IMG/VR virus record: IMGVR_UViG_3300033978_000437
Reading direction: 5' to 3' (one strand)
Length of the DNA stretch: 64,000 bases
Origin: a virus
In this document: positions 1 to 9,366 of the stretch, piece after piece
Position numbering within the stretch: the stretch's first letter is position 1
Layout of the letters: the number at the start of each line of letters is the position of its first letter
Made by a program: the position numbers and the translations under genes
Notes under the pieces: model-generated
Seen by the model: the letters and a program-made list of their open reading frames with translations, nothing else
Database searches by the model: none
Told to the model about the DNA's origin: nothing

Positions 1-1995
1 CTGCCATGGGATATAGGCAGTGCGAGCATTTCGGCCTAAAGCCATTGTTCCAGTACTGTCCGTGAAGTTAGAGCTAGCTAATAACTGATTTGGTCTAAAT
101 GTGTCACCGGGTTTAACTGCGGCAGTTTGATGAAAAAAGGTTTTACGATTGAAAGGAAAATTATGATAAAGTTCGTGCGTTTCTTCTGTTCCGTCTGCAT
201 TACGCACTTTAATCTCTTCATCCGTCACCGAGGTAACTGTACCTCCTTGTGTTGCCCTTAAAGCTCCCATCCCAGATGAGTATAGCTCTTCATAACTTTG
301 TTTACCGCCTGTGTGCGGAACTGCAGACTGTACCAAAGGAGCTTCAGGAGAAGCTAAAGGTAATGCTTGTGTGGTCATACGAGATGCCATCACTAATCGC
401 TGACCTTTTACCTGACTCTTCATGGGGATGACATTAGAAAGAGGATTAAATGCTTCTTCCATGTCAGGAAGCTCTAAATCAATGCTTGATTTAGGTACAT
501 GTAACATCTTACCGCCACGCATCGCCACTACACGGGCATCTTCACCATCTTGGCTTCCGGGAAAACCAACGGTTAAGTCTGCTACATCTTGAGGAGTTTT
601 AAAAGTCATTTCCCCGCTACGCAGATCCTTAAACTGAGCATAGAGCTTACCATCGCTTCCTTTACGAGATCCCCTAGCTAGATATGTGTCCACCCCTACA
701 CGACCCGACTCGGGAGTACGCACAGGATCCACATAACCCAACATGCTTGACTGTACATTTCTGGATTCCATGGGAATTGCATCCATAGAACCAATACCAC
801 CCTCACCCACTCGAGTAACAGACATTGTCTTTTCATAAATGTCTGTAGGATTAATTTCTTCAATCGCTTGCCCTAGCCCGCTACCGAGCAAAGCACTTTT
901 TAACTGTTTTTCTAATGCTGAAGACGGCATCGAATCCAAATTACCTTTGCCTGACATCTTCCACAGTAGGTTACGGCGAACCCCGCCTTTATCTCGTGCA
1001 ATACGCTCTGAAAACAAATCTTCTGGACCTACAAACTGCTGAAAATGCAGTGCATCTCTATCATCCGGATCCGCTTCCTTTCTATTAACCTTTATCAGCT
1101 TTTTGGTAATGTCCATCAATGTGTCTAGTGTGACACCTGAATGTGGGTTTCCCAGCGTGCGACGATTTACCTCGGGATCCATTTCCATCTTAGAAAACTT
1201 AGCAAGCAATGCTTGTTTTTGTTTTTCTTCTGGTTCAGCTAGTTCTTTAGAAGAAAGAAACATGCCTTTAAGTCTTGTATACTCAGATGCATCATCCGAA
1301 TTGTAATTAGAAGCGAATAGATCTTTACCCCAAGCTTCCTGCGCCTGCTCCGAGGTAACTCCCATAGCTTTTAACAAAGGAGTTAATCCAACTGAAGCTT
1401 GCCCAACCTTAAGCTTAAATTTGCCTTTCTCAGGGTCTAAGAAATAACGCTGTGATACGCCTTTTCCAGGCATCACATTAACATGGGATTCAATTTCACC
1501 ATTGTTCCGTGTGCGGGTGTAAACTCCGGGCAGTAACCGCTGTTGATTTCTTAAAATGTACTCAGTGCCATTGTTAATAAAGGTACCACGCTCCGTTAAG
1601 TGTGGGACAGTGGCAAGAACTGATTTCTTGGAGGCTATCACTTGCTGTGTTGCATTATCCATTAACTCCCAAGTTCCTTCTAACCTACGACCTTGAGACC
1701 TACCATTAAGAATAGCAGCTTTCTGCTCCTGCTTGCTGGCGGTATCCCCATCACGATAGTTTACTCCAGTTAAACTAAGCGTATGTCGGTCATTAGATAT
1801 AGGTTGTACTTGCTGTGCTGCTTGCAACACTCTGTCATAAATAATAGATTTGACTTTTTTGGTGTCGTGAAATTCATGAAAACTAGGCAATGGAGCTGCA
1901 GGCTGCATTGTTTGTAGAAGCTGTGCCTGTTGTGGCACCCCGCCTAGCAACGAGATGTTAGCAGTATCAAACAAATTAGACGAAAGTGGAAGCAT
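1..1995 (-). CDS. rpoB: Multi-subunit RNA polymerase beta-like subunit (5' part; runs off the left edge of the window)
   Basis: Missing from the ORF track because it has no stop in the window. Manual translation from ATG at 1995 gives an open frame to base 1 with RpoB motifs: TFINNGTEYILRNQQRLLPGVY, ESRNVQSSMLGYVDPVRTPESGRVGV, QRLVMASRMTTQALPL (cf. RALMGANMQRQAVP), TMALGRNARTAYIPWQ (cf. LALGRNxxVAFMPW). Confidence 0.9.
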   Translation of the reverse strand, partial: MLPLSSNLFDTANISLLGGVPQQAQLLQTMQPAAPLPSFHEFHDTKKVKSIIYDRVLQAAQQVQPISNDRHTLSLTGVNYRDGDTASKQEQKAAILNGRSQGRRLEGTWELMDNATQQVIASKKSVLATVPHLTERGTFINNGTEYILRNQQRLLPGVYTRTRNNGEIESHVNVMPGKGVSQRYFLDPEKGKFKLKVGQASVGLTPLLKAMGVTSEQAQEAWGKDLFASNYNSDDASEYTRLKGMFLSSKELAEPEEKQKQALLAKFSKMEMDPEVNRRTLGNPHSGVTLDTLMDITKKLIKVNRKEADPDDRDALHFQQFVGPEDLFSERIARDKGGVRRNLLWKMSGKGNLDSMPSSALEKQLKSALLGSGLGQAIEEINPTDIYEKTMSVTRVGEGGIGSMDAIPMESRNVQSSMLGYVDPVRTPESGRVGVDTYLARGSRKGSDGKLYAQFKDLRSGEMTFKTPQDVADLTVGFPGSQDGEDARVVAMRGGKMLHVPKSSIDLELPDMEEAFNPLSNVIPMKSQVKGQRLVMASRMTTQALPLASPEAPLVQSAVPHTGGKQSYEELYSSGMGALRATQGGTVTSVTDEEIKVRNADGTEETHELYHNFPFNRKTFFHQTAAVKPGDTFRPNQLLASSNFTDSTGTMALGRNARTAYIPWQ

Positions 1996-2015
1996 TCATA
2001 AAACTCTAAATAAGA

Positions 2016-2810
2016 TTATATGGCATGAGGAATAGCATAAATTTCAGGAGGCTGTACTAATGCCTGCCGACGTGCTCTTTCCTCCACAGCCTCATCCAAT
2101 ATCGCACGCCTGCTATTCTTCTTCATTGCTTTATTGACCAAATAGTAACCAGCAGGAACACTTGATAATAACCAAGTTAAAGCTAACCCTTTGCTAATAC
2201 CAGAAGCGTTTGGAAAAGTAGAATTAAATGTGTCAGAGATAGCTCCAACAGGATCTAATGCCGACTTTTGACTGTACCCTGCAAATGCTCGATCTAAATA
2301 ATCATCAGTTCCTTTCTTATATGCGCCTAATAAAGCTTCCTCATACTTCTTTTTTGAGGCTTCAAGTTTTGCTTTGCTTTCTTGTTCTTTTGCTCTGTTT
2401 AACAAAAGATCCACACCTTTCCACCCGCCATAAGCAGCAAGCGGAGCTCCTAAAAGCATACCAGGCAAATAATAGTCTAAGCCATAAGGAGAAGTTGCTC
2501 TAGAATTCGAATCAATAGCATTTTTCTCTTTTGGGTAAGCTACTGGCATATCAATTACGCGTGGCCCCTTTTTAGGATTTTTTGTATTATCAAAAAGTCC
2601 TGTAATCCCTCGAACTGCAGCTCCTGCCCCTACGCCTAATGCTAATGTTTTAAGAATACTTTTAATTGCATCAGCTTGCATTTGCTGATTAACTTGAGTT
2701 CTGAGGTCTTCACCAATTGCACCTACTGGAGTAACAATGGGGGTTGCTGCAGATTTTTCAACTTTAATTTGTTTCAATAACTTTTTTGCACTTGTCTTAT
2801 TCATGTCCAT
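2016..2810 (-). CDS. Putative virion/internal protein with glycine-rich hydrophobic segments and KxA motifs
   Basis: 264 aa; EKSAA, KNAID, QKSAL motifs; hydrophobic stretches LALGVGAGAAVRGITG, YYLPGMLLGAPLAAYGGW, GLALTWLLSSVPAGYYL. Confidence 0.55.
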   Translation of the reverse strand: MDMNKTSAKKLLKQIKVEKSAATPIVTPVGAIGEDLRTQVNQQMQADAIKSILKTLALGVGAGAAVRGITGLFDNTKNPKKGPRVIDMPVAYPKEKNAIDSNSRATSPYGLDYYLPGMLLGAPLAAYGGWKGVDLLLNRAKEQESKAKLEASKKKYEEALLGAYKKGTDDYLDRAFAGYSQKSALDPVGAISDTFNSTFPNASGISKGLALTWLLSSVPAGYYLVNKAMKKNSRRAILDEAVEERARRQALVQPPEIYAIPHAI

Positions 2811-2814
2811 ATCC

Positions 2815-3189
2815 TTATGGGGTAGAGGAAGAAGGCATCAAGCAAGGATTACCATCTTCTAAGAAATATTCGAGCCATTCTGCATAGATATAATGATGCT
2901 TATCCTTCTCTTCTCGCCATCTCTCGATAAATACCAACTGATACCAAGAATTTGCCACACCATCCATGACTTTTAAATACGCTTGATTCTGTTCATTGTC
3001 TCCAGTGTAAAATGTAGCATTTTTAGGGTCTGCTACTCGTACTAGTCTATCTTCATACTCTTCGTTTTTATAAAGAGGTGCTTGATGCCCACGAAAAGGC
3101 AAACCATCTACATCCGCACGATCCCAAAATAATTGGCCTCGTTCGTTACCTTCTTTGCGATTCGTAAACTTCACTAAACTATTCGCCAT
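2815..3189 (-). CDS. Hypothetical protein
   Basis: 124 aa ORF, tightly packed, normal composition. Confidence 0.7.
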   Translation of the reverse strand: MANSLVKFTNRKEGNERGQLFWDRADVDGLPFRGHQAPLYKNEEYEDRLVRVADPKNATFYTGDNEQNQAYLKVMDGVANSWYQLVFIERWREEKDKHHYIYAEWLEYFLEDGNPCLMPSSSTP

Positions 3190-3204
3190 CTTAGCCTCTT
3201 CTAG

Positions 3205-3630
3205 TTACAGAAAAATACGCCCAGTACTTTTACGCTTTGCTTTATAATCTTGTCGTTCTTTCTGCCTTTGCAGCTGTCCTGCTAATCTTTCATAAGTGTC
3301 TTGCAACTCTTGCCGTTTAATGTTTTCAATTCCTCGGCTACCTTCTGTGTCTGCAGCTTGGTTAGCAAAGTAAGCAGCAATACCGCCAATGGCCGGAGGA
3401 ATTGCTAAACCTGCCATCAAATAAGGAGCAATAGATCCAGCTGCGCTTACAGCGTTATTAACTTCACCCATGGGGCTAAACAAACTTGCAGCCATTTTAG
3501 ACAAACCATGTGTCTGCTCAGGGCTCATTCCCTCTTCAACACACCTAGACAAAAACCCAAGTTTAAATGCTTCGTGTACTTGCATTAAATAATCTCCTAG
3601 AACGCAACACTTTTGCCACTGGTCAAACAA
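3205..3630 (-). CDS. Putative virion membrane-associated protein (likely start 3585, MQVHEAF)
   Basis: AFKLGFLSRCVEEG motif, SKMAAS KxA motif, one Gly/Ala hydrophobic segment, then a coiled coil. The annotated start overlaps the upstream gene; the ATG at 3585 follows an AGGAG SD. Confidence 0.6.
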   Translation of the reverse strand: MFDQWQKCCVLGDYLMQVHEAFKLGFLSRCVEEGMSPEQTHGLSKMAASLFSPMGEVNNAVSAAGSIAPYLMAGLAIPPAIGGIAAYFANQAADTEGSRGIENIKRQELQDTYERLAGQLQRQKERQDYKAKRKSTGRIFL

Positions 3631-3995
3631 GATGGCATAATTACAGTGACAGGCAAACTCATCGCCTTGTGTCTCTGCACCGTAGGATCATCAGGGGCAC
3701 CCTGCTCCCTTGCTTTATGTACTAAGTCTAATGCTTGTTCGATGAAACGCATATGCCGTTCCACCTCATCTTGGTGCATAAAACCTTCATTATCTTTACT
3801 GCGACCATTAGACATCATATCGTTGATGCCTTGCAATCGCAGAAGAAATTCTCGAATAGACACCACTCCATAGCTGTTGTTCCGAGAATCTTCCCAATGG
3901 AGTTGCCCTCGTTCCGCCCACCAACGAACCGCTTTTGGGTTAGTTCGAGGACCAAAGAAAACAACCCCATTATTCGTTCCAAGCAATACAGTCAT
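3597..3995 (-). CDS. Hypothetical protein
   Basis: 132 aa ORF in the operon, preceded by the dyad motif. Confidence 0.65.
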   Translation of the reverse strand: MTVLLGTNNGVVFFGPRTNPKAVRWWAERGQLHWEDSRNNSYGVVSIREFLLRLQGINDMMSNGRSKDNEGFMHQDEVERHMRFIEQALDLVHKAREQGAPDDPTVQRHKAMSLPVTVIMPSCLTSGKSVAF

Positions 3996-4003
3996 ATCAC
4001 ACC

Positions 4004-4020
4004 TTAAAATCTAGAATTTA
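4004..4020 (-). promoter_or_regulatory. Dyad motif copy 1 (TAAATTCTAGATTTTAA)
   Basis: Ends 8 nt upstream of ATG 3995 and overlaps the upstream stop codon; matches AAWTC-YR-GATTTTA. Confidence 0.5.
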
Positions 4021-4449
4021 GAAAATCATAACAGGCTTAGCCCTTGCTGCCATTTTAACAGCTTGAGGCTCGTTACTAGTATCTTCAGCTATCCAGCCCA
4101 TCTTTTCAAACACATTAAATATAGAATCTGTAGCCCCGTCAATTGTGGAAAGTAGCAATGACTTTATAGTGGAATCCACCATGGGCTCAAGCATGTTAGG
4201 AACACCAATGATATCGATTGGAGCAATCACGGTATCGTAGAACTTATCCAGCCCAGCTAACACTAGCTGCTTTTTTTCCTCACGGCTACCCTGCCCTGCT
4301 ATTTCTACAAGTCGCACAAGGGTGGCTGCCCCGTTGTACAATAACCCAAGCACTTCTGAATAAGTTATTTTTCCGTCTGCTGTATACCCCTTATAGCGAT
4401 CAACCATCGCAAGGATTGTTTGTTCCAACTGTTCTTGTACTGTAGCCAT
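4018..4449 (-). CDS. Hypothetical protein (helical)
   Basis: 143 aa; AGGAGATAG SD upstream. Confidence 0.7.
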   Translation of the reverse strand: MATVQEQLEQTILAMVDRYKGYTADGKITYSEVLGLLYNGAATLVRLVEIAGQGSREEKKQLVLAGLDKFYDTVIAPIDIIGVPNMLEPMVDSTIKSLLLSTIDGATDSIFNVFEKMGWIAEDTSNEPQAVKMAARAKPVMIF

Positions 4450-4465
4450 AACTATCTCCTTATAC

Positions 4466-5581
4466 TTAGTTAAAAAGACGAGGCACTATACTATTAATCA
4501 CACCTAGGGTAGCCCCAGTTTGCCCTAATGTAGCTTGCGTTCCGCCAGGCATGCCAGTTAGTAATCCAAGGCCATAACCAACTGTACGCCCAGTAATGTA
4601 ACCTTTAAGTCCGCCACCTGCGGCACCCATGGCCATACCAAATAACCCAACTTGGTGTGGGGTTACCATTCCTGGGCTTGAATTGGGATCTTGCATTTGC
4701 CCTGCCCCATATACTGCTCCCATTGTCATAGCTGTGGTTTGAGGACTTGCATTAGTCCCCCAAAGAACTTGCCCAAGCTCGTTTGTGCGGATCAAGGGCA
4801 TTTCAGTAAAAGAAGGACCACCAATAGTCCCAAAGGCATCACTAGAATGCTTAGATATAAAGTTTGCCACCGCCTCCTTATACTTTACGGAAGTAGGCAA
4901 CTTATCTTCAAATCCGTCTTCGGGAAAACCTTTAAAAAGAGTTGGATCATTAAATTCTCGACCTTCGTGCAGATTTATTAAACCGGGTACTGAACCTACT
5001 AAAGCTCCACCTGCTCCGCCTAATAAAGCCAGCCGTTTTCGTAAAGTACCTTTAGTCTGTGCCCAGTCTGGCAATACTTGTTCACCTAACCAACCTGCCC
5101 CATACCCAAGACCTGTACCTATAAGCCCGCTGGCAACCATAGCTGCAATAGGTCGTCCACCATAGCCGGGAATGTCTTTGCTTGGAAAAAATTGAGCTAG
5201 TTCTCCTAATCGTCGTATAGTTGGGGAGTAAGCTACCTTTACCCACCAGTCATGTAAATCGTAAGGTGTCAAAGGCTCAGAATGCACTCGGTCTGTTCCA
5301 AGCTTTTCTGTTAAAAGCCGTAGACCCCAATCAAACTCTTCTTGGTTTAGTACTGGGCGTACATACATGCCAGCCTTTTCAAGAGCTGGATTCCAGTAAA
5401 TACCTATATCTGTTTTTGTGTATAAAGGAGACACTATCCGTCTTATGATTTGAGCCGGAGCAGCACACTTCTCGGCCAAGTAATCAATAGTGCCGGGAAA
5501 ATCAGCGTATAACCCTAAATCTAGAGTCTGTTCGACATTTAAATTAGGTAACTCGCTATCGTATGCCACATGCTTATCCAT
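4466..5581 (-). CDS. Putative virion protein with glycine-zipper segments and KxA motifs
   Basis: 371 aa; GLIGTGLGYGAGWLG, ALLGGAGGALVG, GMAMGAAGGG; EKCAAP, VKVAYS, SKHSSD. Confidence 0.55.
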   Translation of the reverse strand: MDKHVAYDSELPNLNVEQTLDLGLYADFPGTIDYLAEKCAAPAQIIRRIVSPLYTKTDIGIYWNPALEKAGMYVRPVLNQEEFDWGLRLLTEKLGTDRVHSEPLTPYDLHDWWVKVAYSPTIRRLGELAQFFPSKDIPGYGGRPIAAMVASGLIGTGLGYGAGWLGEQVLPDWAQTKGTLRKRLALLGGAGGALVGSVPGLINLHEGREFNDPTLFKGFPEDGFEDKLPTSVKYKEAVANFISKHSSDAFGTIGGPSFTEMPLIRTNELGQVLWGTNASPQTTAMTMGAVYGAGQMQDPNSSPGMVTPHQVGLFGMAMGAAGGGLKGYITGRTVGYGLGLLTGMPGGTQATLGQTGATLGVINSIVPRLFN

Positions 5582-5597
5582 TGAGTTACAAGTACAA

Positions 5598-5625
5598 AGC
5601 CATGCGTCAAAGATGACACATGGCT
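5598..5625 (-). terminator. 12-bp hairpin downstream of nrdJ (terminator-like or processing stem)
   Basis: Minus strand AGCCATGTGTCA-TCTT-TGACGCATGGCT followed by TTGT; the G-U pair works only in the minus sense. Confidence 0.5.
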
Positions 5626-5672
5626 AACTATCTTACTCCATTTATACCCTGCATAGCTAGACTAAGCTAGGC

Positions 5673-7952
5673 TTACAAAGCACAAGCACCGCCTGCGCAC
5701 GCAGTCTGCTGATGCAAATCTGTCATGTCGGATCGTTCATAGCGAACTAGTTTAGCCCAGTTGATCTTGGGCATAGCTGCAACTCTACGGTCGAACTCTT
5801 CTTGAGAAATCGCTTCATAAGGGGCTAAATGATACATACCCCCATCAAAGGGCAAGAAACTTAAGCCTCCCACAATATCCCAGTTGTCATAGACCCATTT
5901 GCCCACTTCCAACCATTCAGTAGGTCGAATGTAAATAGTGACGCTAGGATTATGCTCAGTCCAATGCACCTTGAAGGTTTTCCATTTTTCCAACTGGCTA
6001 AGAGCTGTTTGAGTTTCTAACAGCACTCCACCTTTAGGAGCCTTCATAGGAAACTCTAATACCAAGCCACTACCATCGTAATCGGTTAAGCAAGGTACAC
6101 CTTCATCTTTCAACATCTGTGCTACTGGATTAGTAGAGTTTGCCCTAACTCGCCTAACATACCATTCCCCGTGATGTCCTTTGAAACCTGCAGGCGTGTT
6201 GAAAAACACACTGCTATCCCCCGAAGGCTTAATACAAGTTGTGGCTGCAGAGACATTGATACCAAATCGTGCTGCCCATTTAGCATTAACTTCGTTGACT
6301 AAACTTAATAACTTAGCTAAAGTTCCACCAGCTTTTGCGTTGTCTTGGAATAGCGGGTGATCAAGAAAACCAAGCAAATCTACACCCAGTAACCTCTCTT
6401 CTTCACTATTCTTTTTCCATTCTTCTCCAATGTACTTAAAGCGAGTCATCGTAGATTGAAGCGTGCCCCAAATTGTAGCTAACTCCACTTTACGAGCAAT
6501 CTCTTCATAAGTGTCCGTGACACGAATAACCGCAATGGATAGGTTGCAGAACTGCTTGTGTCTCAGAATAATTTCACCGCAAGGATTCGTCCCAAAGAGG
6601 TGGCCATGGTGTTTGCGCCGTTTGGGAAACTGACTTTTCAACCCGCCTCGATTGAAGATACCACGCTCACCCGAGTTTGACTTGGCCATCGATAACCATT
6701 CTTCCATCCAAATCAATTGATCAGGTTTTTCGTTATAGACTGCAGAGTTGTTAGCCTGATTGCGTTGCTCATTGGTAGTCCAGAAATCTTGTTGCTTGCA
6801 ATCTCGCATTTCACGATCATGCAGATCTGATAAAGATATACCGCTAGCCCTACGCACCCCACCCATACGCACAATTCGATGAGCAAAACAATTAATGTCA
6901 TGAAGATCCAAGCTAGACAGATACCGTCCTTGTCTTGCTAAGATTCGAGCTTTAGAAAACTCTAACAAGTCTTTTAATGGACCTGGGCCAGAAGCTCTTC
7001 CACCTTTGATTTTAAGTGGAGCACCTGATTCTCGGATATGACTGTAATCAAAGTGGATATCTTCACCTGCCCACCATGCGTCTAACCCTGCCTTATACGC
7101 ATCACACCAACCTTCTGTGCTGTCTTCGATTACATAAGTAATAGGTTCACTATGCTTCTTTTGTCGTTTAACTCGAGGAAACTCTTCTACGCTAAACTCT
7201 TTTTCTACTGAAAATCCAACACCCGTGCCCTGCATGAGTACATAGAGTTCCTCTGCCAAATCTGTAGTATTTTGCAGCATTTGAAAAGAACAGTTGTATA
7301 CTCCGACATGACATCGTTCTAAAGCAGGTCCAGCCATCTGCACGCAACGCATGGAAGGAGCAGACTCTAACCGCAAAAGACTTTGCTTAAGCTTCCCCCA
7401 TTCTTCTTCAGTTACATTGTGGTTTTCACGCTTGCAATGTGTTTGAAAAAATCCGATAACCCGATCCACTGTTTCAGGCCAAGTCTCTCTGCGCCCTAGC
7501 TCGGGAACAAAACGAGCAAACTTGTCTAAAGCTTGGAACTTCTGCAGCTCGTTATCAAAATAAGTGTCGTTTTCTTGAAATGCAGCAACTACCGCTTCGG
7601 GCAATGGTGCGTTTTCTCGTTGCTGTCTTTTGACTTCTCGAAAGAGAATATACTGCTTGGCCACGAGGTATAACCCATTAGCCATCAATTGGGTTTCCAC
7701 TAGATTCTGAATCTCTTCCACATCTACTACTTTGTTGCTGCTGCACACAATGTTGTATACTTGCTCCCCAACTAGTTTGCTGATGCGAGCTGCCTCGCCT
7801 TCATCGTATTTTAGCTCACTTACTAAGCAACGATGTAAGGCAGTGTAGATGCGAGCTTGATCAAAGTTCACCACTTTCCCGCTTCGCTTCTTAACCGTTA
7901 AATCCACATGACTACGAGCTGAAGCATCTTTTTTAAAAGAAGTAATTTGCAC
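5673..7952 (-). CDS. nrdJ: Class II (adenosylcobalamin-dependent) ribonucleotide reductase with N-terminal ATP cone
   Basis: ATP cone (VKKRSGKVVNFDQARI), GGRASGPGPL, GGVRRASGISL, catalytic GTNPCGEI, TCIKPSG, C-terminal ACAGGACAL redox pair. Confidence 0.9.
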   Translation of the reverse strand: MQITSFKKDASARSHVDLTVKKRSGKVVNFDQARIYTALHRCLVSELKYDEGEAARISKLVGEQVYNIVCSSNKVVDVEEIQNLVETQLMANGLYLVAKQYILFREVKRQQRENAPLPEAVVAAFQENDTYFDNELQKFQALDKFARFVPELGRRETWPETVDRVIGFFQTHCKRENHNVTEEEWGKLKQSLLRLESAPSMRCVQMAGPALERCHVGVYNCSFQMLQNTTDLAEELYVLMQGTGVGFSVEKEFSVEEFPRVKRQKKHSEPITYVIEDSTEGWCDAYKAGLDAWWAGEDIHFDYSHIRESGAPLKIKGGRASGPGPLKDLLEFSKARILARQGRYLSSLDLHDINCFAHRIVRMGGVRRASGISLSDLHDREMRDCKQQDFWTTNEQRNQANNSAVYNEKPDQLIWMEEWLSMAKSNSGERGIFNRGGLKSQFPKRRKHHGHLFGTNPCGEIILRHKQFCNLSIAVIRVTDTYEEIARKVELATIWGTLQSTMTRFKYIGEEWKKNSEEERLLGVDLLGFLDHPLFQDNAKAGGTLAKLLSLVNEVNAKWAARFGINVSAATTCIKPSGDSSVFFNTPAGFKGHHGEWYVRRVRANSTNPVAQMLKDEGVPCLTDYDGSGLVLEFPMKAPKGGVLLETQTALSQLEKWKTFKVHWTEHNPSVTIYIRPTEWLEVGKWVYDNWDIVGGLSFLPFDGGMYHLAPYEAISQEEFDRRVAAMPKINWAKLVRYERSDMTDLHQQTACAGGACAL

Positions 7953-8072
7953 ACCTATCTCCTAGATAAATTAAAAACTAATAGACTCTTGTTTAAACAT
8001 GGCCATACTATCGATACACAGCGCAAGATGCTGCGTCAACTTAAAAATTTGAACAGCTTGCAGCACCTAACT

Positions 8073-8519
8073 TTATTGTTCGTGATCGTTGTTTTTTTCT
8101 ACATAATCAGAAAAGTCAGTAGAAGGTACATCTTTGCCATTCCACATCATGCGAGAACGAGGCCCAAGCTCTCGAGAAACTTGTGCATAATCCGCTACAA
8201 TTTCTTGATCTTTGCTAATTTCTCGCTTTGCTACTAAATCAATTTGATCCTTATCTTTCTTTATGTCAACATTTGCTTTCCATTGATGGTTACAGTAACG
8301 AGCTAATTCTGTTAAATTCCAGATTTTAGACCCAAACTCATCTTCTCCGCCAGCAGTCCCAGCACTACCAATGCTCTCTCCTTCTTTGTAATCTTTATCC
8401 GCAAATATACCTTTCCCTTTTATATGGGATTCCCCTATATACCAGCCATTATGGCTAGAGGCCATTTTGTCAGTAAATCGGATAGGTACTGCTCGTAATC
8501 GCTGAAGAAACGCTTCCAT
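8073..8519 (-). CDS. SET-domain protein (putative lysine methyltransferase) with a KxA-ending leader
   Basis: SHIKGKGIFA (GxG), RYCNHQ (RxxNHS), LVAKREISKDQEIVADY (ELxxDY); leader ends DKMASS. Confidence 0.8.
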   Translation of the reverse strand: MEAFLQRLRAVPIRFTDKMASSHNGWYIGESHIKGKGIFADKDYKEGESIGSAGTAGGEDEFGSKIWNLTELARYCNHQWKANVDIKKDKDQIDLVAKREISKDQEIVADYAQVSRELGPRSRMMWNGKDVPSTDFSDYVEKNNDHEQ

Positions 8520-8531
8520 GATAACTCCTTA

Positions 8532-8560
8532 TTGACTTGCTTGCATAAAATAAGTATGGT
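8532..8560 (+). promoter_or_regulatory. Sigma70-like promoter for csrA
   Basis: TTGACT-17 nt-TATGGT, 43 nt upstream of the csrA ATG in the only divergent intergenic region. Confidence 0.5.
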
Positions 8561-8603
8561 GATCGAATTCCAAGCATTTTAACTTCAAGGAAGGACGATT
8601 CAA

Positions 8604-8816
8604 ATGCTAGTATTAAGTCGAAGAAAAGGCGAGAGCATTAAGATCAGTGATAACATCACTATCACCATAGTGGACATTCGTGGGGATAAAATTCAAATAG
8701 GAATAGAAGCTCCTCGTGAAGTTGCCGTACACCGTAGCGAAATAGCGAAGTTAATTGAAAATAAACTCAAGGCAGAGTCCAACTTGGAAGCTCCTGAGAA
8801 TCCTTCTGCTTCGTAG
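8604..8816 (+). CDS. csrA: Carbon storage regulator CsrA/RsmA homolog
   Basis: MLVLSRRKGESIKISDNITITIVDIRGDKIQIGIEAPREVAVHRSEI matches the CsrA signature; SD AAGGAAGGA. Confidence 0.95.
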   Translation: MLVLSRRKGESIKISDNITITIVDIRGDKIQIGIEAPREVAVHRSEIAKLIENKLKAESNLEAPENPSAS

Positions 8817-9351
8817 ATTTACTCGTAGCATTGGCAGTGAGTACCCCAGTTTTACGCACTGCCACTATTATGGAAAAATCAGAATCACCTTCAACTTTGG
8901 TAGGTAACCCGTAGCTACGGCGTAACTTACCTAGTTCTGGCGATTTGATTCGCATGTGCCAGCAAGTAGAAACACCGGGCCAACCTTTGGCAGATGTTTC
9001 TTCAAGCCCATCAAGGTAATAGCTAAAAGCTTTACCTCGCTCGCTTATCTTCTCAGTACCACCTATTTGCTTTAATTCTTCGGGGGTCATAACCACGATA
9101 CCTGCACGCAAAGCCCCGCCATCTACAGAAGTGGGTAAAGAAATACCAGGTTCGTGCATTGCGTCGAAAATACCACGGACTAATGCAGTAGGTATGCCAA
9201 CTATCAAGTAACTAGGAGCTGCACATTTTGAATTAGTGATTTGAAGCAAACCCGTCATTTTAACTTCCGCCCATTTCTCGGGCATTTGCAAAACATCATA
9301 GAGCAATAAATGCCGATAATCTGGAATATCAGCTGTAGAGATCAGACTCAT
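8767..9351 (-). CDS. 2H-phosphoesterase-like protein with both HxT/S motifs apparently lost
   Basis: Spacing and flanks resemble phage 2H proteins (LRAGIVVMTPEEL...SPELGKLRRSYGL...DFSIIVAVRK), but the positions expected to be HIS/HIT read GIV and SII; KCAA motif. Confidence 0.4.
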   Translation of the reverse strand: MSLISTADIPDYRHLLLYDVLQMPEKWAEVKMTGLLQITNSKCAAPSYLIVGIPTALVRGIFDAMHEPGISLPTSVDGGALRAGIVVMTPEELKQIGGTEKISERGKAFSYYLDGLEETSAKGWPGVSTCWHMRIKSPELGKLRRSYGLPTKVEGDSDFSIIVAVRKTGVLTANATSKSTKQKDSQELPSWTLP

Positions 9352-9366
9352 AAAAACTCCCTTAAC

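Noticed and set aside
249-1306. Plus-strand ORFs 249-431, 839-1042 and 1103-1306
   Set aside because: Antisense shadows of the RNAP beta gene.
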